Part shown: positions 1-6,757 of the stretch, piece by piece
Layout of the letters: the number at the start of each line of letters is the position of its first letter
How positions within the stretch are numbered: the stretch's first letter is position 1
NCBI GenBank assembly: GCA_043819795.1
Contig: JBDREN010000165.1
Location: forward strand, 1-10,134
Reading direction: 5' to 3'
DNA: 10,134 nucleotides
From: Elusimicrobiota bacterium
GTDB taxonomy: Bacteria > Elusimicrobiota > Elusimicrobia > UBA1565
Translations under genes and position numbers: made by a program
The notes under the pieces: generated by a model
Database searches by the model: none
What the model was told of the DNA's origin: nothing
What the model saw: only the letters and a program-made list of their open reading frames with translations

Positions 1-225
1 CATCGGCTCGGCCATCAGCACCATCCCCGCGCCGCCGCCGAACGGCCGGTCGTCGACGGTCTTGTGCCGGTCCGTCGCAAAATCGCGCGGATTCGTGAAG
101 GACAGCTCGAGCAGCCCCTTGTCCCGGGCGCGCTTGAGGATGCTCAGCGTCATCGCGCCGTCGAACATCTCCGGAAACAGCGTGACGACGTCGACCCGGA
201 GAAGCGGCTTACGCCTCTTCGCCAC
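1..225 (-). CDS. trmD: tRNA (guanine37-N1)-methyltransferase TrmD, N-terminal part (truncated by window edge)
   Basis: Not in the ORF track; translated by hand from GTG at 223-225: [75 protein letters not shown]. It has the TrmD hallmarks TLFPEMF, RDF, H.TVDD.PFGGG.GMV. The GTG overlaps the khpA TAG by one base. Confidence 0.97.
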   Translation of the reverse strand, partial: MAKRRKPLLRVDVVTLFPEMFDGAMTLSILKRARDKGLLELSFTNPRDFATDRHKTVDDRPFGGGAGMVLMAEPM

Positions 226-452
226 TACTCCAGATCCAAAAGCACCTTGCGTCGGGATTTTATCCCGGCGATGCCGACGACGGAGCGAATCGCCTTGATC
301 ACCTTGCCCTGCTTGCCGATGATCTTGCCCTTGTCCTCGTCGGCGACCCGCATGCTCAACCGGGTGACTTTGCCCTCATCGGCGGCGCTGATCTCCACCT
401 TGTCTGGAGCATCGACGAGGTTCTTGGCGAGATAGAGCGCGAGCTCCTTCAT
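225..452 (-). CDS. khpA: KH-domain RNA-binding protein KhpA (YlqC/UPF0109)
   Basis: 75 aa with LVD.PD.V and [16 protein letters not shown] (KH GxxG loop). Sits in the usual position after rpsP, with an ATGA overlap with the rpsP stop. Confidence 0.93.
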   Translation of the reverse strand: MKELALYLAKNLVDAPDKVEISAADEGKVTRLSMRVADEDKGKIIGKQGKVIKAIRSVVGIAGIKSRRKVLLDLE

Positions 453-823
453 GCCTTCTCCTCATCGGCCGCCGCCTCGGGATCGGTCTCGGCCGCCGAA
501 TCGGCCTTGGTCTCGGCCTCGGCTTTGGCTTCCACCTCAGCCGCGGCTTTGGCTTCCGCCTGCGCGTCTTCCGCGACCCTCTTGGAAGCCGCCTTCAGCA
601 AGGTGGCCACCGTCTCCGACGGCTTCGCCCCGATATTAAGCCAATACTCGATGCGGTCCTGCTTGACTTGGACCTTGTCCTTCGCCTTGTCCGCACGCGG
701 GTTGTACGAGCCGAGAATCTCGATCGGCTTGCGCTTGGCGTGAACGCGACTGTCCACCGCCACGACCCTGTAATAGGGCTGTTTCGGTTTTCCGACCCGC
801 TGTAGTCTGATTACCACAGCCAT
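449..823 (-). CDS. rpsP: 30S ribosomal protein S16 with Ala/Glu-rich C-terminal extension
   Basis: MAVVIRLQRVGKPKQPYYRVVAVDSR...IEILGSYNP...YWLNIGAKPSETVATLL is the S16 signature. Strong Shine-Dalgarno upstream. Confidence 0.98.
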   Translation of the reverse strand: MAVVIRLQRVGKPKQPYYRVVAVDSRVHAKRKPIEILGSYNPRADKAKDKVQVKQDRIEYWLNIGAKPSETVATLLKAASKRVAEDAQAEAKAAAEVEAKAEAETKADSAAETDPEAAADEEKA

Positions 824-828
824 GTTGA

Positions 829-838
829 CTCCTCCTCC
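829..838 (-). promoter_or_regulatory. Shine-Dalgarno sequence of rpsP (GGAGGAGGAG)
   Basis: Reverse complement of ctcctcctcc, ending 5 nt before the ATG at 823. Confidence 0.85.
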
Positions 839-849
839 GACTTCTGTTT

Positions 850-1581
850 CTAAATCTTCCGACTTCCGCCGCCGCCGCCGTCGAAGGCCCTCTGCGCGCT
901 CTTCTGCAGAGCCCTCATCGCTGCCACCGGGTCCTTGGCCCGGAATACCGCGGTCCCGGCGACGATCGAATCCGCGCCGGCCGCGGCCACGAGGGGCGCC
1001 GTGCCGGCGTTGACGCCCCCGTCCACCTGCAGCCAGACCGGAAGACGCCGGCGGTCGATCGCCCGGCGCACCGCCCGGATCTTCTCCAGCATGTCCACCA
1101 AGAACTCCTGGGCGCCGAAACCGGGCTCGACCGTCATCACGAGCGCGAGGTCCACGTCCTCAAGATAGCGTATCAACGCATCGGCCGGCGTCCCCGGCTT
1201 GACCGCCAGACCGACCCCGACGCCCAGGCTCCTGAGCCGGCGCAGAAGCGGCCGCGGCCGCCGGCACGCCTCGACGTGGAACGTCACCCAGTCGGCGCCC
1301 GCCCCGGCGAACAAGGGGCCGAACATCCCGGGGGCGTCCACCATCAGATGGGCGTCGAGATAGACGCCGGCCTTCCGGCGCAGGGCGCGCACCAGATCCG
1401 GGCCGAAACTCAGGTTCGGCACGAAATGGCCGTCCATCACGTCCACCGAAGCCCATCGCGCGCCGGCCGCGGCCAGCGGCGCCAGATCCCGCCCCACGGC
1501 CGCGAAGTCCGCCGCCAGCAGCGAGGGCACGATGCGGACCCGTCCGTCCGGCCTCGGCCTTCGCGCGCGATGGCGGCTCAC
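850..1581 (-). CDS. rpe: Ribulose-phosphate 3-epimerase
   Basis: Motifs PSLLAADF, DVMDGHFVPNLSFG, LDAHLMV, TFHVEA, VMTVEPGFGAQ.F, QVDGGV, VAGTAVF. The GTG start at 1581 is less certain (weak RBS). Confidence 0.95.
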   Translation of the reverse strand: MSRHRARRPRPDGRVRIVPSLLAADFAAVGRDLAPLAAAGARWASVDVMDGHFVPNLSFGPDLVRALRRKAGVYLDAHLMVDAPGMFGPLFAGAGADWVTFHVEACRRPRPLLRRLRSLGVGVGLAVKPGTPADALIRYLEDVDLALVMTVEPGFGAQEFLVDMLEKIRAVRRAIDRRRLPVWLQVDGGVNAGTAPLVAAAGADSIVAGTAVFRAKDPVAAMRALQKSAQRAFDGGGGGSRKI

Positions 1582-1608
1582 GTCAAAGAGCTCGCATCCG
1601 TCGGCCCC

Positions 1609-2574
1609 TCAAAGGTCGCGCTCCTCGACCAGGATACCGTTGAGAAAAATCTTCATCCGGGCGTGCCCGCCCTCGGGAATCGCCAGATCGATCTTGCTGC
1701 CGGGCACGCGCAGCCCGTTGAACAGCTCGCGCTCCCCGTGCTGGTCCACCATCACGATGCGGACGAGGCTTTCGGAGCTGCCCTGCGGGACCTGATACTG
1801 AAAACTGACCATCGTCGCCGAGTCGCCCCCGTCCGACGGTCGGCCGCTGATCGTAAGCTTGACCTGGGTGTCCTCGGTCACGACCGCGTCGGACTGCGGG
1901 TCCTGCGCCAGGATCGTGCCGTATGGGAACAGCGAGCTCGGATCCTTCTCGATCGTCAGCGGGACCCCCACCGATGACGCCCACTGGGAGGCCTCCGCGA
2001 CGTTCTTGCGCGGCAGGTCCGGCATCAGCACGATCCCCTCGGGAGGGGGGCCGGCCGAAACGACGACGTTCGCCAACGAGTTCCGCTCGACGCTCGACTC
2101 GGCCTGCGGGTCCTGCGACAGGACAAGTCCCTTGTCGAGGCGGAGGGAATAGGACTCCGTGACCTCTCCGAGGATCAGCTGGCTCTGGCGCAGCATCATC
2201 TCAGCGTTGCGAAGCGGCAGTCCCGCGATCGACGGGGTGAAGACCGTCTCGCCGCCCTGGCTCACCACGACGCGGATGGCCTTCCCTTCGCGGACCTTCG
2301 TGCCGGCCGGCGGCCGCTGCCGCAGGATCGAGCTGATCGGGACCGCGCTGTTGAACTCCGAACTATCCTTCATAAGCGCCAACTTTAGCGGGGCCAGAGC
2401 GTCGAGCGCCCCTTGAATGGACTTGCCCGTGATGTCGGGTACGATCTGCACCGCCCGGTTGTGGACGATCCCCTCGATCCCCCACAAGAACATGAAGAAC
2501 CCGAACACCGCCAGGAGCGCCAGGGTCCCCACGACCTCGATGCGAGTGATCTGGCTCTTACCGCTCTTCACCAT
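1609..2574 (-). CDS. Membrane-anchored PASTA-domain protein (single TM, three PASTA repeats, C-terminal beta domain), no kinase domain
   Basis: Short basic N-terminus, then a hydrophobic segment (VVGTLALLAVFGFFMFLWGI). Three PASTA-like repeats: VPDITGKS...ILRQRPPAG..V...IRVVVSQG; PSIAGL...GLVLSQDP...VVVSAG; MPDL....GTILAQDP...VKLTIS. Confidence 0.9.
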   Translation of the reverse strand: MVKSGKSQITRIEVVGTLALLAVFGFFMFLWGIEGIVHNRAVQIVPDITGKSIQGALDALAPLKLALMKDSSEFNSAVPISSILRQRPPAGTKVREGKAIRVVVSQGGETVFTPSIAGLPLRNAEMMLRQSQLILGEVTESYSLRLDKGLVLSQDPQAESSVERNSLANVVVSAGPPPEGIVLMPDLPRKNVAEASQWASSVGVPLTIEKDPSSLFPYGTILAQDPQSDAVVTEDTQVKLTISGRPSDGGDSATMVSFQYQVPQGSSESLVRIVMVDQHGERELFNGLRVPGSKIDLAIPEGGHARMKIFLNGILVEERDL

Positions 2575-2598
2575 GTCCGCCCCAGCAAGGGCACAGCC

Positions 2599-3579
2599 TC
2601 ATGCGACCGCCTCAAGGCGGTCGCCCGCGCGCAAGCGCATACCGTTGAGAAAATCCGCCGCAAAATACTGCTTTTTCCCTTCAGGCTGGACTTCTCGGAC
2701 CCACAGACGGCCAGGATCGCATTGTATCAAAATTCCTTTTTCGCGTTCAATGCGCAGTATGCGGCCGGGGACGGCCTCAGGAGCCGGCCCATCCGGGGGG
2801 CGCTTCCCGGCGGATTCCTCTCTCCCCGTCCTTAGAACCGCCACCCGGAGAGGCGCCGGCCGCCCCTGCGCCACGACCTCAAGAGTGGCCTTCGGCCCGG
2901 CGCGCAGACCGCGGACCCGGTTGTGCAGCTCATCGGCGGGCATCCCGAAATGTATACGCGCCTGCTCGGGCTTGAGTTTCGGGGCCAGGCTGGGCTCCCC
3001 GGCCTGGGGCTCGCGGCGGACCCGGCCGGCCGACAAGTCCGCGAGAGCCGCCCGGAGCTCCCGCACGCCGAGCTCCACGAGACGCCCGAAGAGCTCGAGG
3101 GCGTCCTCATCGGGTCCCACGTCGACGCCGGCGATCCGCTGGACCGGGCCGGTGTCCATCCCCTCGTCGAGCCAAAACAGCGTGACGCCGGTGCGCCTCT
3201 CGCCCCGGATCAGCGACCATTGGACCGGAGCCGCACCCCGGTATTTCGGCAGAAGGGAGAAGTGCACGTTCAGAAGCCCCAGGCGAGGGACCGCGAGCAC
3301 ATCCGGCTTGACGATGTGGCCGTAGGCGACGACCACAGCGAGATCGGGCGCCAGCGCCCTCAGCTCCGGGACCGCGGATGAGGGCTTGCGGGGCTGCAGG
3401 ACGCGCAGGCCGAGCCGCAGCGCGGCCTCCTTGACGGGAGGGGGCTTCAGGAGAAGCCCCCGACCCGACGGCCGGTCCTGCCGCGTCACGACCGCCTCCA
3501 CGGAATGGTCCCCGAGCTTCACGCATTCCTCAAGGAAGGGGACCGCCACCGCCGGAGAGCCGAGAAAAAGGATCTTCAC
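2599..3579 (-). CDS. fmt: Methionyl-tRNA formyltransferase
   Basis: MKILFLGSP, VVTRQDRPSGRG, VVAYG, NVHFSLLPKYRGAAPVQW, GVT, MDTG, APKL, VQPEGKK. GTGA overlap with the def stop. Confidence 0.98.
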   Translation of the reverse strand: MKILFLGSPAVAVPFLEECVKLGDHSVEAVVTRQDRPSGRGLLLKPPPVKEAALRLGLRVLQPRKPSSAVPELRALAPDLAVVVAYGHIVKPDVLAVPRLGLLNVHFSLLPKYRGAAPVQWSLIRGERRTGVTLFWLDEGMDTGPVQRIAGVDVGPDEDALELFGRLVELGVRELRAALADLSAGRVRREPQAGEPSLAPKLKPEQARIHFGMPADELHNRVRGLRAGPKATLEVVAQGRPAPLRVAVLRTGREESAGKRPPDGPAPEAVPGRILRIEREKGILIQCDPGRLWVREVQPEGKKQYFAADFLNGMRLRAGDRLEAVA

Positions 3580-4085
3580 TTCCAGGTCTTCTTGAGGTCC
3601 TTCAGGATCGCCGCCACCCTCAGCTTCTCGACGAGACCGAGGTGGTCCACGAACAGCTTGCCGTCGAGGTGGTCCACCTCGTGCTGAAACGCGCGAGCGA
3701 GCAGCCCCGTGCCGGTCCGCTCCCAGGGCTCTCCGTTCTCGTCCAGGGCCCGCACCCGGACCTTGCCGTACCGCTTCACCTTGGCGTAGAGCCCCGGCAC
3801 CGAAAGGCAGCCCTCCTCCTCCAGCATCGTCCCCTCATGGGACACGATCTCGGGGTTGATCAGGACCAGGGGCGCGGACTCGCCCTCGGGCTTCACGTCG
3901 ATGACCGAAAGACGCAGCGAGAGCCCGATCTGGGGGGCCGCCAGCCCGACGCCGTTGGCCGCGTACATCGTCTCCCACATATTCTTCAGCAGCTTCGGCA
4001 GGTCCTTCTTGATACCGGCGTAGTCCAATGGCTCACATCTCTTCTTCAGCACGGGCTCTCCGTGCTTGGTGATCCTAAAGATCAT
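3576..4085 (-). CDS. def: Peptide deformylase
   Basis: All three PDF motifs are present: GVGLAAPQIG, EGCLSVP, FQHEVDHLDG. Confidence 0.98.
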   Translation of the reverse strand: MIFRITKHGEPVLKKRCEPLDYAGIKKDLPKLLKNMWETMYAANGVGLAAPQIGLSLRLSVIDVKPEGESAPLVLINPEIVSHEGTMLEEEGCLSVPGLYAKVKRYGKVRVRALDENGEPWERTGTGLLARAFQHEVDHLDGKLFVDHLGLVEKLRVAAILKDLKKTWK

Positions 4086-4090
4086 GGTCG

Positions 4091-4096
4091 CCTCCC
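4091..4096 (-). promoter_or_regulatory. Shine-Dalgarno sequence of def (GGGAGG)
   Basis: cctccc on the + strand, 5 nt before the ATG at 4085. Confidence 0.8.
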
Positions 4097-4134
4097 ACGC
4101 CGATCGACGCGACCATTTCCTGCGCTATGCTCGG

Positions 4135-6147
4135 TCACGTCAGCTCGGCTTCCATGGACCTGTTTCTCGGCCACAGGACGCGCACCCGGATGGGCTCCGC
4201 GAACCCCTGCCCCAGAGCGCCCCACGTCATCGCCAAGCGCTCGATCTGGGCCTCGGCGCCCAGGCGCCGCGAGATGCCCATCACGACCTCCCGCGCCCCC
4301 ACGGCCTGCGCCGCCTGCGCGACCGCGTAGGACGGGTCGTGCGAGGTCACGAGCAGCGGCTTGACGGTCTTGCCGTGCTTCTCGGCCAGCGAGATCACGT
4401 TCGTGAAAAGGATCTCCTCGTTGGGGCCCATGCCCTCCTCGCCGGACGTCATCGTGTGGGCGGCCTTCGTATGCAGGACGACGATGTCGGTCGTATCGTT
4501 ATCGGCCTCCTCGAGGACCTTGCCGAGAGCGTACGTGTTCGAGGGGTTCCGTATCGCGACCAGAACGCAGCGCTTGTCGCCGCCGGTCCGCACGGCTTTC
4601 GAGATGTCGGCTTCATGGCGCTGATTGAGCTTCTCGCGGTGCCCTTCGGCGGCCATCCGGCCCCGCTCGTGAAGATGCTCGGAGAAGAGTATCAGCAGAT
4701 AGAAACCGATCGTGAAGGCCCCGCCCCAGATCGTGGCCGTCTTCTTCGTGAGGAGGTTCAGGAGCCCGACGATGAGCAGGATGCCGAGGATCAGCATCAT
4801 CCCCAACGGCACCTCGCGGCCCCCGATCCGCGGGTTCAGCGGGACCTTCCAGTCCCGCCCGTAGGAGGTCTTGAAGCGCAAAGACAGGACTGCCAGCGCC
4901 ATGAAGATGAAGCTCCAGATCACCCCGAAGGCGTACGCCTCGCCGAGATAATAGACGTTGCCGCGGCACGCCAGGATGGTGACGACCTGGAGCGCGATCA
5001 GCAGGTTGATCATGCGGTGGGTCGTCCCGTACAGGGGGTGGAGCCACCGGAACCACTCCGCCAGGATGCGGTCCTCGCCCAGACGGTTCATCACGCCGTT
5101 GGCCCCGACGATCGAGGTATTGACGGCTCCCGAGAGGATCAGCACCCCGACGACGACGATGAACACGTGGAACAGCTGCCGCGCCCACAGCGGCCCCTCA
5201 AGCCCGAGGGCGACCCCCGCCAGCAGGTTGTCGATGTACTCGAGCCGGACCTCCGCCGGGAGCAGCATCACGCCGAGGAACGCGCTGAACGTCGTCAGGG
5301 TGGCCGCGGCCACGAAGATGACGAGCGCGGCCCGCTTGAGGTTGGCGACCTTGGGGGCCTCCATCTCCCGGTAGACCTGGGCCAGCGTCTCGGCCCCGGT
5401 CATCCCCAGGAAGGAATGGCCGATCGCGATCATGACCCCGAGAGGCCCGATGGCCTTCACCCAATCGAAGCGCTCGAGCCACCCGAGCCCCTCGGCGGTG
5501 AATACCGGCTTGAACGGCGGCAGCGACACGTCCCTGACGTAGAGCGTCCAGCCGCCCCAGACGAGGAGGACGACGCCCATCACGGAGGTCAGCTGCATGA
5601 TCTTGAGCGCCTTGCCGGAGGACTCCTCGATGCCCTTGATGTTCTGGCGCCAGAAGTAGGCTGTGACGAGCAGCGCGAAGACGACGGAGAACCCGTTCGG
5701 GTCCAGCCTCCAGTCCGGGCTCGCGTACGGCATGAAGCTGTTGAGCAGGCCGGCGAGGTACTGGCCCGCCGAGACAGCGCTGATGGGCCCGGTCAGCACG
5801 AAGCCGAACATCAACGCCGAGACCGAGAGCTTGGCCACCGGGGAGCCCATGGCCTGCTTGACGACCCGATAGACGCCGCCGCGGACGAACATGACCGATC
5901 CCTCGACGTACATGGCGAGCACGCAGCTCGAGAAAAGCATGACGCAGAGGATCGTCCAAGGAGCGACAGGACCCACGGCCTGCTCCACGATGCCCGCGAC
6001 GTAATACATGGTGGAGGCCATGTCGCAGAGGACGATCGCGGCCGCGCGCCAGAACGAGATGAACGTGAGCATCGCCGTGGTCAGGACGACCACCTCGGTC
6101 ACGCGCTGCGAGTTGGGCGCGCCGGAGGGAGGTTGGGCTGGGCCCAT
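4135..6147 (-). CDS. APC-superfamily transporter (KimA/YdaO/KUP-like) with C-terminal cytosolic USP-like domain
   Basis: About 12 hydrophobic segments. TM1 AIVLCDMASTMYY, GGVY loop, LTGPISAVSAG, TM6 GMTGAE, LILSGAVNTS, AYAFGV. The C-terminal part has a USP-like alpha/beta pattern (VLVAIRNP...DIVVLH...AREVVMG). The ATG at 6145-6147 overlaps the upstream TGA (TGATG), so it is preferred over the TTG at 6150. Confidence 0.88.
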   Translation of the reverse strand: MGPAQPPSGAPNSQRVTEVVVLTTAMLTFISFWRAAAIVLCDMASTMYYVAGIVEQAVGPVAPWTILCVMLFSSCVLAMYVEGSVMFVRGGVYRVVKQAMGSPVAKLSVSALMFGFVLTGPISAVSAGQYLAGLLNSFMPYASPDWRLDPNGFSVVFALLVTAYFWRQNIKGIEESSGKALKIMQLTSVMGVVLLVWGGWTLYVRDVSLPPFKPVFTAEGLGWLERFDWVKAIGPLGVMIAIGHSFLGMTGAETLAQVYREMEAPKVANLKRAALVIFVAAATLTTFSAFLGVMLLPAEVRLEYIDNLLAGVALGLEGPLWARQLFHVFIVVVGVLILSGAVNTSIVGANGVMNRLGEDRILAEWFRWLHPLYGTTHRMINLLIALQVVTILACRGNVYYLGEAYAFGVIWSFIFMALAVLSLRFKTSYGRDWKVPLNPRIGGREVPLGMMLILGILLIVGLLNLLTKKTATIWGGAFTIGFYLLILFSEHLHERGRMAAEGHREKLNQRHEADISKAVRTGGDKRCVLVAIRNPSNTYALGKVLEEADNDTTDIVVLHTKAAHTMTSGEEGMGPNEEILFTNVISLAEKHGKTVKPLLVTSHDPSYAVAQAAQAVGAREVVMGISRRLGAEAQIERLAMTWGALGQGFAEPIRVRVLWPRNRSMEAELT

Positions 6148-6710
6148 CAATCGGCGGATTCTTTACCTTGAATCAGCCTCATGACGGCGGGGCCGGAAGG
6201 ATCGCGCAGGACCTCATCGATGAACTCCGGCTGAAAAAGGGACGAAACGCCGCGCAGCAGATGCAGGTGCTGGGTGAACGCCTCCTGGCGGTTGGGGGAG
6301 AAGAATAAGAACATCGCCCGGATGACCAAGTCAGGCTGTTTGGGGTCGGGCATGCCTTCCGGCACGAGCCCCAAGATCACCGCGATCCGGTCGAGCCCGT
6401 CCATGCGGGCGTGCGGGACGGCCAGGCCCGTATCGAGCGTCGTGCTGATCCCCTGCTCCCGCTCGAGGACCTTCGTGAGGTACGGCTCGAACTCGTGCAC
6501 CGAAAAGCTCTCGCACAGACGCTTGACGAGGAACTCAATGAGCTGCTCCTTGCCGACGCCGGCCGGGGCGCCGACGATGAGGTCGTCGCGCAGAAGCCGG
6601 CTGATCTTGATCGTCTTTGACGCGCTCCCCTGGGCGGCGGTATTCGTGGATTGCGGCGCCCTGGGACCAGCGGGCTTGCACTCTTTCTTCTTAAACCAGC
6701 CGAAGCTCAT
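6147..6710 (-). CDS. PTS EIIA-type (Ntr/fructose-mannitol family) domain protein
   Basis: KEQLIEFL...VLEREQGISTTLDTGLAVPHAR...FLFFSP...HLHLLRGVS matches the PTS_EIIA_2 pattern ERE..ST.....A.PH (His codon at 6411-6413). The true start is probably the ATG at 6710 (MSFGWFKK, 187 aa); the ORF-track extension to 6944 runs through promoter and hairpin DNA. Confidence 0.88.
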   Translation of the reverse strand: MSFGWFKKKECKPAGPRAPQSTNTAAQGSASKTIKISRLLRDDLIVGAPAGVGKEQLIEFLVKRLCESFSVHEFEPYLTKVLEREQGISTTLDTGLAVPHARMDGLDRIAVILGLVPEGMPDPKQPDLVIRAMFLFFSPNRQEAFTQHLHLLRGVSSLFQPEFIDEVLRDPSGPAVMRLIQGKESAD

Positions 6711-6719
6711 ATGTGACTC

Positions 6720-6725
6720 ATTATA
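6720..6725 (-). promoter_or_regulatory. Putative sigma70 -10 box (TATAAT) for the minus-strand gene run
   Basis: Perfect TATAAT in an AT-rich patch, 9 nt upstream of the ATG at 6710. The nearest -35-like hexamer (TTGCGC, 6740-6745) has only a 14-nt spacer. Confidence 0.6.
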
Positions 6726-6757
6726 AGATATTTTGTCCGGCGCAAGACGGGACCTTA

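Noticed and set aside
2775..2830. Short insertion (EESAGKRPPDGP) in the Fmt C-terminal domain
   Set aside because: Falls in a loop that is normally variable in Fmt, with no clear repeat or element signature.
62..3687. Numerous short overlapping ORFs on the + strand and in alternative frames
   Set aside because: Arg/Pro/Ser-rich translations typical of off-frame high-GC DNA, fully overlapping well-supported housekeeping genes.
4066..6171. 701-aa + strand ORF antisense to the transporter
   Set aside because: Shadow ORF in codon register with the real gene. High-GC codon usage suppresses antisense stops, and the product has no recognisable motifs.
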